DNA of 64,000 nt from Nitrospirota bacterium (lineage in GTDB: Bacteria; Nitrospirota; UBA9217), in the NCBI GenBank assembly GCA_963663225.1, contig OY760142.1, positions 1,856,001 through 1,920,000 of the forward strand, given 5' to 3'. A program made the position numbers and the translations under genes. Positions 1-9,955 of this stretch are shown piece after piece (position 1 is the stretch's first letter; every line of letters begins with the position of its first letter). A model generated the notes under the pieces. The model was not told the DNA's origin, did not search any database, and saw only the letters and a program-made list of their open reading frames with translations.

Positions 1-1827
1 AAACAGGGCGGCACGCGGCGCGGTGCGAACATGGGAATTCTCCAGGTGGACCATCCGGACATCCTCGACTTTATCACCTGCAAGCAGCAGAATGACCGCC
101 TGAACAACTTCAATATTTCCGTGGCCATGACCGACACGTTCATGGAAGCCGTTGAATGCGACGGCGAGTACGACCTGGTTTCTCCCCGGAACAAAAAAGC
201 GGTCAGAAAATTCAAGGCTACCAAGGTATTCGACACCATCGTAAACATGGCCTGGAAGAACGGAGACCCGGGGATCATTTATCTGGACCGCATTAATCAG
301 TACAATCCTACCCCGCACATAGGCATGGTGGAGTCCACCAATCCCTGCGGAGAGCAGCCGTTGCTTCCCTATGAATCCTGCAACCTCGGCTCCATCAACT
401 TGTCCAGAATGCTGGCCCCGCACGGCGGAGCCGTGGACTATGAAAAACTCCGGCGTACCGTGCGTCTGGGAGTGCACTTTCTCGATAATGTGATCGACGT
501 CAACCGGTATCCCATAGAGAAGATATCGGAAACGACCCGTGCAAACCGCAAGATCGGCCTGGGCGTCATGGGTTTCGCGGACATGCTGCTCGAACTGGGA
601 ATCCCCTACAATTCCGATGAGGCGGTGAAGCTTGGTGGAGCAGTGATGAAGTTCATCACTGATGAAGGACGGAAAATGAGCGAGGAGCTTGCCGGGGAGC
701 GCGGGGCTTTTCCCAACTTTCAAGGAAGTATTTACGACAAGCCGGGTGTGGCTCCTGTGCGGAATGCCACGGTGACGACGATTGCCCCGACGGGGACGCT
801 TTCCATTATCGCGGGCTGTTCGAGCGGCATTGAACCGCTTTTCGCGCTTACCTTTGTCAGGAAGGTTTTGGATGGGGCAGAACTGCTGGAAGTAAACCCC
901 GTCTTTGAGAAGACGGCAAAAGCAAGAAACTTCTACTCCGACACGCTTATGAAAGAAATCGCGGAGCACGGCGGATGCACGGGCATCAAACTGGTGCCCG
1001 AAGATGTGCAGCGGGTGTTCGTCACAGCCCATGACATTACGCCGGAGTGGCATATCCGCATGCAGGCCGCATTCCAGAAATACACCGATAATGCCGTGTC
1101 CAAAACCGTGAATTTCCCGCACAGCGCCACCCATGACGATGTAAGAAAAGTATATTTGCTGGCGCACAAACTGGGTTGCAAAGGGGTGACCATTTACCGC
1201 GACGGATCGCGCGATGAGCAGGTGCTGCACAGCGGAGCTACGGAGAAGGCGCGCAAGGCTGCAGCTGTTCCCGCACCGCCTGCGCAGGCAGAAGACAAAA
1301 AACCGAGGCATCGTCCGGCTCTTACGCAAGGCGTTACGCAGAAAATACCCACAGGCTGCGGCAACCTTTATATTACGATCAACGAAGACGAGGAGGGGAT
1401 CTGCGAAGTCTTTTCCACCATGGGGAAGTCGGGCGGCTGCGCAGCGAGCCAGTCGGAAGCGGTAAGCCGCATGGTCTCTCTTGCACTTCGGTCCGGGGTC
1501 TCCATAGACTCCATTGTCAGACAGGTAAAGGGAATTCGCTGCCCTTCACCGGCGTGGGGAGAAGGCGGATCCATTCTGTCTTGCCCGGACGCCATCGGCC
1601 GGGCCTTGGAGCGCTATCTTAAGGAACATGTAAGCCAGTATCGTCAGCATCACAAACCGAAGGCGAGCGTTCAACCGGTATCAGGTCAGGTATTGTCGGA
1701 TTGCACGGCAGGGACCGGGAAAAACCACCTCGGGCTGTGCCCGGAATGCCCGGACTGCGGCGGATTGCTTGAATTTGGCGAAGGGTGTGCTTTCTGCCGG
1801 GGATGTGGTTTCTCGAAGTGCGGATAA
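1..1827 (+). CDS. nrdJ: Class II (B12-dependent) ribonucleotide reductase, 5'-truncated by window edge
   Basis: Frame open from base 1 (KQGGTRRGANMG); TNPCGEQPL active-site motif, CNLGSINL, TIAPTGTLS, C-terminal SCPD domain and CxxC zinc ribbon. Confidence 0.95.
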   Translation, partial: KQGGTRRGANMGILQVDHPDILDFITCKQQNDRLNNFNISVAMTDTFMEAVECDGEYDLVSPRNKKAVRKFKATKVFDTIVNMAWKNGDPGIIYLDRINQYNPTPHIGMVESTNPCGEQPLLPYESCNLGSINLSRMLAPHGGAVDYEKLRRTVRLGVHFLDNVIDVNRYPIEKISETTRANRKIGLGVMGFADMLLELGIPYNSDEAVKLGGAVMKFITDEGRKMSEELAGERGAFPNFQGSIYDKPGVAPVRNATVTTIAPTGTLSIIAGCSSGIEPLFALTFVRKVLDGAELLEVNPVFEKTAKARNFYSDTLMKEIAEHGGCTGIKLVPEDVQRVFVTAHDITPEWHIRMQAAFQKYTDNAVSKTVNFPHSATHDDVRKVYLLAHKLGCKGVTIYRDGSRDEQVLHSGATEKARKAAAVPAPPAQAEDKKPRHRPALTQGVTQKIPTGCGNLYITINEDEEGICEVFSTMGKSGGCAASQSEAVSRMVSLALRSGVSIDSIVRQVKGIRCPSPAWGEGGSILSCPDAIGRALERYLKEHVSQYRQHHKPKASVQPVSGQVLSDCTAGTGKNHLGLCPECPDCGGLLEFGEGCAFCRGCGFSKCG

Positions 1828-1924
1828 TGTGCCGTGCCGTGCTCTCTGGAAGTCAGATGTTTAGACAGAAGAGAACCTTGTATAGAGGATATGAGTATAA
1901 ACTGTTGAATTTAAAGGATTATTA

Positions 1925-2116
1925 GTGGGAATTGATCAGGTGATCATAGAACTGTATCGTTTGGCTGAGACGAAGAAATGGGATGGAAAATCCACCGATG
2001 AGGCACTTTTTGCGGCAATCGAAAGGATGGAACAACTGTTGGAGCAGAAACAGGCCGAGAAAAGAAGAAGTACTACTGCTCATGCAAACAAGAAGCCGCC
2101 AAGAATATGGTGTTAA
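1925..2116 (+). CDS. Small hypothetical protein
   Basis: 63-aa GTG-start ORF filling the intergenic gap; no recognised motif. Confidence 0.4.
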   Translation: MGIDQVIIELYRLAETKKWDGKSTDEALFAAIERMEQLLEQKQAEKRRSTTAHANKKPPRIWC

Positions 2117-2140
2117 CTGTGAATAAAATCATAAAAAAAC

Positions 2141-2169
2141 TTGACATTTACCCGATATAATTCTACAGT
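2141..2169 (+). promoter_or_regulatory. Sigma70-type promoter
   Basis: TTGACA-17 nt-TACAGT. Confidence 0.55.
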
Positions 2170-2361
2170 AGCGTTTGACAAGAAGCTTAATATACAACCT
2201 GACTTGTGTGCGGTTTTCAAAGTATTCTGAACGCAAGACGATCACTCCGCGAAAGCAGTCCCGCTTGTAATCTCCGGATTACGAACGGGTTTACGATAGG
2301 CGTACTGTTATTAAACCCGTATGAAAACGGGTCATCAGCTTATTCAAGGAGGAAGGCACGT

Positions 2362-2718
2362 ATGGGGAACGAGAAGATCGTGCAGTATGAGTGCAGGGTG
2401 TGCGGCAGAAAGATAGATGTAACGAGGACCGGCGACGTGTATGAAGAGCCGGTGTATTGCTGCGGTCTTGAGTCAGCGGAAATCAACGTACAGGAAGTGC
2501 CGGCGGTTCAGGAAGCACCGGTAGCCGTAAAGAAACCGGCGAAAAAGAAGACCAAGAAGAAAGTCGTTGCAAAGAAAAAGGCCAAGAAAAAAGCGGCAAA
2601 AAAGACGGTAAAAAAAGCCGTAAAAAAGAAAGCGACCAAGAAGAAAACAACCAAGAAAAAAGCAACGAAAAAGAAAGTCGCCAAAAAGGCAAAAAAAGCA
2701 GTAAAGAAAAAAAGATAG
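2362..2718 (+). CDS. Desulforedoxin-like CxxC..CC domain fused to Lys/Ala-rich histone H1-like tail
   Basis: AAGGAGG RBS before ATG 2362; YECRVCG...VYCCG followed by KKAxKK-type repeats. Confidence 0.75.
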   Translation: MGNEKIVQYECRVCGRKIDVTRTGDVYEEPVYCCGLESAEINVQEVPAVQEAPVAVKKPAKKKTKKKVVAKKKAKKKAAKKTVKKAVKKKATKKKTTKKKATKKKVAKKAKKAVKKKR

Positions 2719-2754
2719 TAATGCATGGTTCAGCAATACTGCATAGTATTCACG

Positions 2755-2792
2755 ATAGGGCTTCCGGAAAAGACCGGAAGCCCTATTTATTT
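2755..2792 (+). terminator. Rho-independent terminator
   Basis: ATAGGGCTTCCGG / CCGGAAGCCCTAT 13-bp stem with T-rich tail. Confidence 0.8.
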
Positions 2793-2822
2793 GTGCAATT
2801 CAGTTATGACCAATGTTGACTT

Positions 2823-3662
2823 ATGGAACATGCGGATTTAAAATTTGGTATGCAGTTCAAAAAAAATACGGAACGTAAAATACAGCGGCTTACCGGCAGG
2901 GCCATTGGCGATTTCGGCATGATCGTGAACCATGACCGGGTTCTGGTCGCGTTGTCCGGCGGAAAGGACAGCTGGACGCTTCTCCATATGCTGGAACGCC
3001 TGCGGCGGCGTGCCCCGATTGATTTTACGCTTATCGCAATTACCGTCCATCCCGGATTCTCAACGTTTCAGACAGATTTCCTGGAAAAATACCTTCGCAG
3101 GCACGAATTCGAATACCGCATTGTTCATGCGCCCATTTATTCAATCATGCTTGAAAAACTCTCGTCCGGCGACACACCCTGCGCATTATGCTCACGAATC
3201 AGGCGCGGGGTGCTGTACACACAGGCACGAGAACTGGGATGTACGAAAATCGCTCTTGGCCATCACCGCGAAGATTTTATCGAAACGCTGCTGTTGAACC
3301 AGTTTTACAATGGCAAGATCAAGGCCATGGCGCCGATTCTGAACGCTGATGATGGTCAGAATGTGGTTATCAGGCCGTTGGTATATGCTCCTGAAGAGAC
3401 TATTATCCAGTATGCGGCGGCCGCCGGGTTCCCGATCGTCTGTTGCAGCTGCCCGGTATGTGGAAATCAGGACCTGAAGCGCGTGAAGATGAAAAGCCTT
3501 TTGGAAAATCTTGAGCGGGAGCATCCTGGAATTAAGGCAAGTTTACTGACCTCCCTCGCTGATGTGGAGTATCGCCATCTGTTGGTGCGGGAACAGGGGC
3601 TTGCGCACAGCAGGTTGCTGAAAAAAGGATCATCAGGAGGCATGCCGCCTTTCGATGAATAG
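2823..3662 (+). CDS. ttcA: tRNA 2-thiocytidine(32) synthetase
   Basis: PP-loop SGGKDS, CALC and CPVC motifs, LGHHRED, IRPL. Confidence 0.9.
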   Translation: MEHADLKFGMQFKKNTERKIQRLTGRAIGDFGMIVNHDRVLVALSGGKDSWTLLHMLERLRRRAPIDFTLIAITVHPGFSTFQTDFLEKYLRRHEFEYRIVHAPIYSIMLEKLSSGDTPCALCSRIRRGVLYTQARELGCTKIALGHHREDFIETLLLNQFYNGKIKAMAPILNADDGQNVVIRPLVYAPEETIIQYAAAAGFPIVCCSCPVCGNQDLKRVKMKSLLENLEREHPGIKASLLTSLADVEYRHLLVREQGLAHSRLLKKGSSGGMPPFDE

Positions 3663-3838
3663 CAAACAAACGGCAGGGTTGAATAATCATAAATTGGGTA
3701 TCAGGAATTAATCTTTGGGAGGGTATTTCCAACAGTGCCGATACCCTTTAAGCTTTTTAATTGTTTGACTTTCTGCATACGCACCGCCTATAATAAAGAC
3801 AATACGAGAACATCCATCCGACTGGCACGGAGGCTGAT

Positions 3839-4543
3839 ATGTCCGGCGCAAAGAAGCTGGGGGAAATGCTGAAAGAAGCGGGTCTCATCGATGATTTCCA
3901 GCTCCAAACTGCATTATCACATCAGCGCAACTGGGGAGGGAAACTGGGCTCCATCCTCATCGAACTGGAGTTCGTCAGAGAAGAAGACATCGCGAGGGTC
4001 ATTGCGCAGAAACTGCACATTCCCCATATTAATCTCTTCGAACCGGAAATTCCCGAAAACATAGTTAAAATGATCAAGTCTGACATTGCAAAAAAATACA
4101 ATGCAATGCCGGTCAAGAAAGAGGGGGGGGCGCTGGTTCTCGCCATGTTTGACCCCTTCGATCTCAAGGCGGCGGATGAGATCCGGTTTATCACCGGCCT
4201 TACCATAAAGCCTACCCTTGCCATGGAGTCAGAAATCAGGGATGCCATCAGAAAATATTACGATGGGGAACGGGTGGACCGCACGCAGGCGAGGTCATTG
4301 TATCATCAACGGGAGAGAGAGCCCGGGAAGATGGAAATTATTCACGCACGGGATCCTATCAAATCGAAAAAACCGGGAACTGATGACGACGCCCCGCTTC
4401 CGGCCAAGGATGCTGCGGCTTTCCAGGAGCTGAGTGATGCCAAGATGCGGATAGATGCGTTGATTGCCTTGCTGATAGAGAAAAAAATAATTACCCGTGA
4501 AGAACTCGTCAGCATGATTTACCAGAAAAAAATAGGACTATAA
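3839..4543 (+). CDS. Stand-alone GspE/PilB N-terminal (MshEN-like) domain protein without ATPase domain
   Basis: KLGEMLKEAGLIDDFQLQTALSHQ...KLGSILIE; LAMFDPFD; no Walker A. Confidence 0.8.
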   Translation: MSGAKKLGEMLKEAGLIDDFQLQTALSHQRNWGGKLGSILIELEFVREEDIARVIAQKLHIPHINLFEPEIPENIVKMIKSDIAKKYNAMPVKKEGGALVLAMFDPFDLKAADEIRFITGLTIKPTLAMESEIRDAIRKYYDGERVDRTQARSLYHQREREPGKMEIIHARDPIKSKKPGTDDDAPLPAKDAAAFQELSDAKMRIDALIALLIEKKIITREELVSMIYQKKIGL

Positions 4544-4586
4544 CCACGGATTGAGACTCCAGAACACACGAGGCAGGGCCGACCAC

Positions 4587-5009
4587 ATGGCAAAGAACGA
4601 CAAAAAGAACAATATGAGTAATATTTTTTTGTTCAGCACGCTGTTGGTTTTTTTTCTGAGCGCCGGCGCGGCGCTCGCGCAGGACCATAACGGGCCCCGG
4701 ATCGAAGTCAGGGAAATGCGGTATGATTTCGGAAAGGTGCCCCAGGGGGAGCAGGCAACCCATATTTTTCAGGTGCGCAATGCCGGGAACGAACCGCTCG
4801 TTATTGACCGGGTTGTTCCGTCATGAGGCTGCTCAGCCGCGGTGATTAGTTCTAATCACCTGGAACCGGGAATTGCCGGGCAGATACAGGTCAGTGTGGA
4901 TACCCGGGGGAGAAACGGTCTCCTCGCGAAATACATCACGATCTATTCCAATGATCGTACGAACCCGGTAATAACCCTGAACGTAACCATGGACATTGTC
5001 AAAAAATAA
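4587..5009 (+). CDS. Exported DUF1573-type Ig-like protein with in-frame TGA at 4824-4826, probable selenocysteine (U-G-C motif)
   Basis: Signal peptide ..AALA|QD; YDFGKV..FQVRNAGNEPLVI..PS*GCSAA..LEPG..IYSND continuing in frame to TAA 5007-5009; start could be 4614. Confidence 0.8.
4841..4860 (+). promoter_or_regulatory. Candidate bacterial SECIS element
   Basis: GGTGATTA-GTTC-TAATCACC hairpin; loop starts with G, 22 nt after the TGA. Confidence 0.7.
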
Positions 5010-5054
5010 CCGGGAAAAAGTGGGAAAACCTGTTTTTAATGTAGAACTATTTCC

Positions 5055-5084
5055 TTGACAATTTTCAGCCCGGTATGTTACTGT
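5055..5084 (+). promoter_or_regulatory. Sigma70-type promoter of aminotransferase-serA-purA cluster
   Basis: TTGACA-18 nt-TACTGT with TGn extension. Confidence 0.5.
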
Positions 5085-5329
5085 CCATATCAGTAAACTG
5101 GTCCATCAGGGTTCCAAACACCCAATAGAGAGGCAGTACGATCTTGAAACAGCACAGACATCCTCAATACCCCAGCGACATGCCTACCCCGGGCATAGGT
5201 CCCGCCCCGGCGGGACTATCTTAATTTTCGTCGCACAAATCAGTCATCTTTTTAACTATATCTCGCTTGCGTATGCTTGCGTTAAAAAACCGACGGTTGT
5301 TTCGTCTTACATTGTTGGAGGGTAACACT

Positions 5330-6469
5330 ATGCAAAAAAAATATCTTTTGGCTCCCGGCCCCACCCCGGTGCCGTCCGAGGTGTTGCTGGCAATGGCCAT
5401 GCCGATTATTCATCACCGCGCACCGGATTTTCTGCCGGTGCTTGATTCCGCCAAAAAAGGTCTGCAGTGGGTTTATCAGACCAAAAACGACGTGTTGATT
5501 CTGTGCAGCACCGGCACCGGCGGCATGGTTGGTGCGGTAAACAACTTCCTGAATCCCGGCGATGATGTCCTCGTAGTGAACGGCGGTAAATTCGGTGAAC
5601 GCTGGACCAATATCTGCAAAGCCTATGGCATGAAAATCGAGGAAATCGTTGTTGAGTGGGGCTATGCGGTAAAACCGGAGCAGGTCGAGGCAGCGCTCAA
5701 GAAGAATCCAAAAATCAAGGCGGTCTTTGTGCAGGCGAACGAGACTTCGACCGGCGTGTACCACGACGTCAAGGCCCTTGCGGCTGTGGTGAAGAAGACC
5801 GATGCGTTGTTTGTCGTTGATGCCATCTCGGCACTCGTTGCACATGATATCAGAACCGACGAGTGGGGAATCGATGTTCTGGTGGGCGGTTCTCAAAAAG
5901 GAGTCATGCTTCCGCCCGGGCTGGCTTTTGTGTCGGTAAGCGACAAAGCATGGAAAATGGCAGATTCCGCGAAGTCCCCCAAATTCTATTTCAACTTCAA
6001 GAAAGAACGCGACAACCTGGCCAAAAATCAGACCAATTTTTCCTCGGCGGTCTCGCTCATCATCGGGTTGAACGCGAGCATCAAATTGCTGCAGGAAGAA
6101 GGGTTGCAGAATGTGTTCGCGCGTCATGAGCGGCTTGCCAATGCAACCCGCGCGGCTGTAGCGGCGCTCGACCTTAAACTTTTCCCCAAGGAAAACCCGA
6201 GCCTCGCCCTCACGGCTATTGAAGCGCCAGCGGGCGTAGACGGCCAGGCGATTTACAAGAACCTCAGGGAGAAATACGGCATCACGGGGGCCGGCGGACA
6301 AGACAAATTAAAAGGAAAAATATTCCGCATTGCTCATCTGGGGTATGCCGATACGTTCGACATCATAACCGCCGTATCCGGCATCGAGATGGTATTGAAA
6401 GGCCTCGGCCACCCGGTGAAACTCGGCGCGGGTGTGGCAGCAGCTGAAGAAATATTAATGAAAAAATAA
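5330..6469 (+). CDS. Class V PLP aminotransferase (alanine/serine-glyoxylate family; probably acts as phosphoserine aminotransferase)
   Basis: GGAGG RBS, ATG 5330; LLAPGPT, NETSTG, VDAIS, GSQKG (PLP Lys), FRIAHLG; adjacent to serA. Confidence 0.9.
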   Translation: MQKKYLLAPGPTPVPSEVLLAMAMPIIHHRAPDFLPVLDSAKKGLQWVYQTKNDVLILCSTGTGGMVGAVNNFLNPGDDVLVVNGGKFGERWTNICKAYGMKIEEIVVEWGYAVKPEQVEAALKKNPKIKAVFVQANETSTGVYHDVKALAAVVKKTDALFVVDAISALVAHDIRTDEWGIDVLVGGSQKGVMLPPGLAFVSVSDKAWKMADSAKSPKFYFNFKKERDNLAKNQTNFSSAVSLIIGLNASIKLLQEEGLQNVFARHERLANATRAAVAALDLKLFPKENPSLALTAIEAPAGVDGQAIYKNLREKYGITGAGGQDKLKGKIFRIAHLGYADTFDIITAVSGIEMVLKGLGHPVKLGAGVAAAEEILMKK

Positions 6470-6475
6470 ACCATA

Positions 6476-6532
6476 TGCCACGGAGGTTCAGAAGCCGGTT
6501 TGATTTTCCCAGGATTCTGCTCCTCCGTGGCA
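6476..6532. repeat. Intergenic inverted repeat
   Basis: TGCCACGGAGG (6476-6486) / CCTCCGTGGCA (6522-6532). Confidence 0.6.
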
Positions 6533-6551
6533 AAGCTTTTGTGGAGGATAT

Positions 6552-8129
6552 ATGAAAGTTCTCATCAGCGACGATCTCTCTCCCAACGGAGTTGAGATTT
6601 TGCGCAAAGCAGGACTCGAAGTGGATGCGCGGAGCAAGACCTCGGTAGAGGAGATAGAAAAAATCATCGGGCAGTATGATGCTCTTGTTATCCGCTCGGC
6701 AACCAAAGTCACGAAGGAGCTCTTGGAGAAAGCGACAAACCTTAAAGTCGTCGGCAGGGCGGGAAGCGGACTTGACAACGTGGACATTCCTGCCGCGACA
6801 AAAAAGGGCGTTGTGGTCATGAATACGCCGGGCGGCAACACCATCACGACGGCAGAGCACGCCATCGGCATGATTTTCGCCTGTGCACGGCTGATCCCTC
6901 AGGCTTATGCATCCATGAAGGCGGGCAAGTGGGAAAAGAAAAAATTCGAGGGCGTAGAGCTGTATGACAAAACGCTGGGCATCATCGGGTTGGGCGCCAT
7001 CGGCAGCGTGGTGGCAAACCGCTGCACCGCCATCGGCATGAAGGTGCTTGCCTATGATCCGTTTATCTCAGCGGAGAAAGCCAAAAGCCTGGGCATCGAA
7101 CTGACGAATCTCGCCACCATCTATAAGCAGTCTGACTTCATCACGGTCCATACTCCGAAGACAAAAGAGACTGCAAACCTGATCAACAAGGACACGATCG
7201 CACAGATGAAGAACGGTGTGCGCATCATCAACTGCGCGCGCGGCGGCATTGTGGTGGAACAGGATCTCTATGAAGCGCTGAAGAGCGGAAAGGTTGCGGG
7301 CGCGGCTTTCGATGTTTTTGAGAAAGAACCGCCGGAAAACCATCCCCTGATGACACTGGACAACTTTATCGCAACGCCCCATCTCGGAGCATCCACCAAG
7401 GAGGCCCAGGAGAATGTGGCCGTGGCAATTGCTGAACAGATCGTCGATTATCTCATCGCAGGGACTGTGCGAAATGCGGTGAACGTTCCTTCGGTGCCGG
7501 CTGACCAGCTTCCCACGCTTGCGCCGTACATTAACCTCGCAGAGCGGATGGGCCTGTTTCAGGCGCAGATCTGCGAAGGCGGTCTTACCCAAGTTGTGGT
7601 GGAATACAGCGGCGATGTTGCAAGCCTGAAGCTTGAGCCGATGACACTTGCTGCCCTGAAGGGCCTGCTTGCGCCCACGTTGCAGGAAAACGTCAATTAC
7701 GTGAATGCTCCGCTTATCGCCAAAGATCGCGGTATTGAAGTCAAGGTGTCTACGTCAGACGATACCAAAGAATACACGAGCCTTATTACGATCAAGGTGA
7801 AAACAGTCGGAAAGGAACTGTCCGTATCCGGGACCCTGAACAGCAAAAAGGAACCGCGCATCATCCAGGTGGACGATTTCCCGATGGAAACGGTGCCGGA
7901 CGGCGACATGCTTGTGCTGAAGAACAATGACAAACCCGGTGTGATCGGCGGAATCGGGACGCTCCTGGGGCAGAACGGAATCAACATTGCGCGCATGCAG
8001 TTCGGGCGCGAGGTGCAGGGCGGTCTTGCCATGTCGGTTGTGAGCATTGACAGCCAGGTGCCGGACAGCCTTTTGGAAAAGGTCAGAAACCTTCCGAATG
8101 TCCTGTCCGTAAAACAGATCAAAATATAA
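6552..8129 (+). CDS. serA: D-3-phosphoglycerate dehydrogenase (long form with ASB and ACT domains)
   Basis: GRAGSGLDNVD, GLGAIG, INCARGG, TPHLGAST, C-terminal DKPGVIG ACT domain. Confidence 0.96.
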   Translation: MKVLISDDLSPNGVEILRKAGLEVDARSKTSVEEIEKIIGQYDALVIRSATKVTKELLEKATNLKVVGRAGSGLDNVDIPAATKKGVVVMNTPGGNTITTAEHAIGMIFACARLIPQAYASMKAGKWEKKKFEGVELYDKTLGIIGLGAIGSVVANRCTAIGMKVLAYDPFISAEKAKSLGIELTNLATIYKQSDFITVHTPKTKETANLINKDTIAQMKNGVRIINCARGGIVVEQDLYEALKSGKVAGAAFDVFEKEPPENHPLMTLDNFIATPHLGASTKEAQENVAVAIAEQIVDYLIAGTVRNAVNVPSVPADQLPTLAPYINLAERMGLFQAQICEGGLTQVVVEYSGDVASLKLEPMTLAALKGLLAPTLQENVNYVNAPLIAKDRGIEVKVSTSDDTKEYTSLITIKVKTVGKELSVSGTLNSKKEPRIIQVDDFPMETVPDGDMLVLKNNDKPGVIGGIGTLLGQNGINIARMQFGREVQGGLAMSVVSIDSQVPDSLLEKVRNLPNVLSVKQIKI

Positions 8130-9509
<1,380 letters not shown>

Positions 9510-9632
9510 GTTTGAGAAACTTTCATTCTGCTGCAGTGCAATGGCTGCAGTAAAAATTGATTGCAGGTTATTTTTATTGGTCTTTACGGCCTCGATGGTA
9601 ATCGCATCGTTGCACAGAAAGTTTATTTTATA

Positions 9633-9661
9633 TTGACAAACAAGGCGCTTATTGATATTAT
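9633..9661 (+). promoter_or_regulatory. tRNA operon promoter
   Basis: TTGACA-17 nt-TATTAT with extended -10 TG. Confidence 0.75.
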
Positions 9662-9685
9662 ACGCCTCTTCGTCACACTAGTGAC

Positions 9686-9761
9686 GGGCCGGTAGCTCAG
9701 TTGGTAGAGCACCGCCCTTTTAAGGCGGGTGTCCTGGGTCCGAATCCCAGCCGGCTCACCA
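9686..9761 (+). tRNA. tRNA-Lys(TTT)
   Basis: Cloverleaf GGGCCGG..CCGGCTC-A-CCA; anticodon arm CCGCC-CTTTTAA-GGCGG; T loop TCCGAAT (variant). Confidence 0.93.
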
Positions 9762-9833
9762 AAATAATTCAGAGTGAATTGCAGATTGCGGGCTTCGATC
9801 CGCAGACACTCAGTTCACAGTTCAAAATTTATT

Positions 9834-9911
9834 GTCCCCATCGTCTAGCCCGGCCCAGGACACCGCCCTTTCACGGCGATAACAGGGGTTCGAATCCCCT
9901 TGGGGACGCCA
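9834..9911 (+). tRNA. tRNA-Glu(TTC)
   Basis: GTCCCCA..TGGGGAC-G-CCA; anticodon loop CTTTCAC; GGTTCGAATCC. Confidence 0.96.
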
Positions 9912-9912
9912 A
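9868..9912 (+). repeat. att core, left junction of island 1 (tRNA-Glu 3' half)
   Basis: 45 bp identical to 19248-19292. Confidence 0.93.
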
Positions 9913-9918
9913 TCTTTC

Positions 9919-9955
9919 AAAGAGTTACGGCATTTGCTGTAACTCTTTTTCTTTT
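9919..9955 (+). terminator. Terminator after tRNA-Glu, supplied by the island
   Basis: AAAGAGTTACGGC-ATTT-GCTGTAACTCTTT followed by T tract. Confidence 0.75.

Noticed and set aside
2473-2736. Phe-rich minus-strand ORFs
   Set aside because: Reverse complement of the Lys-rich (AAA/AAG) tail
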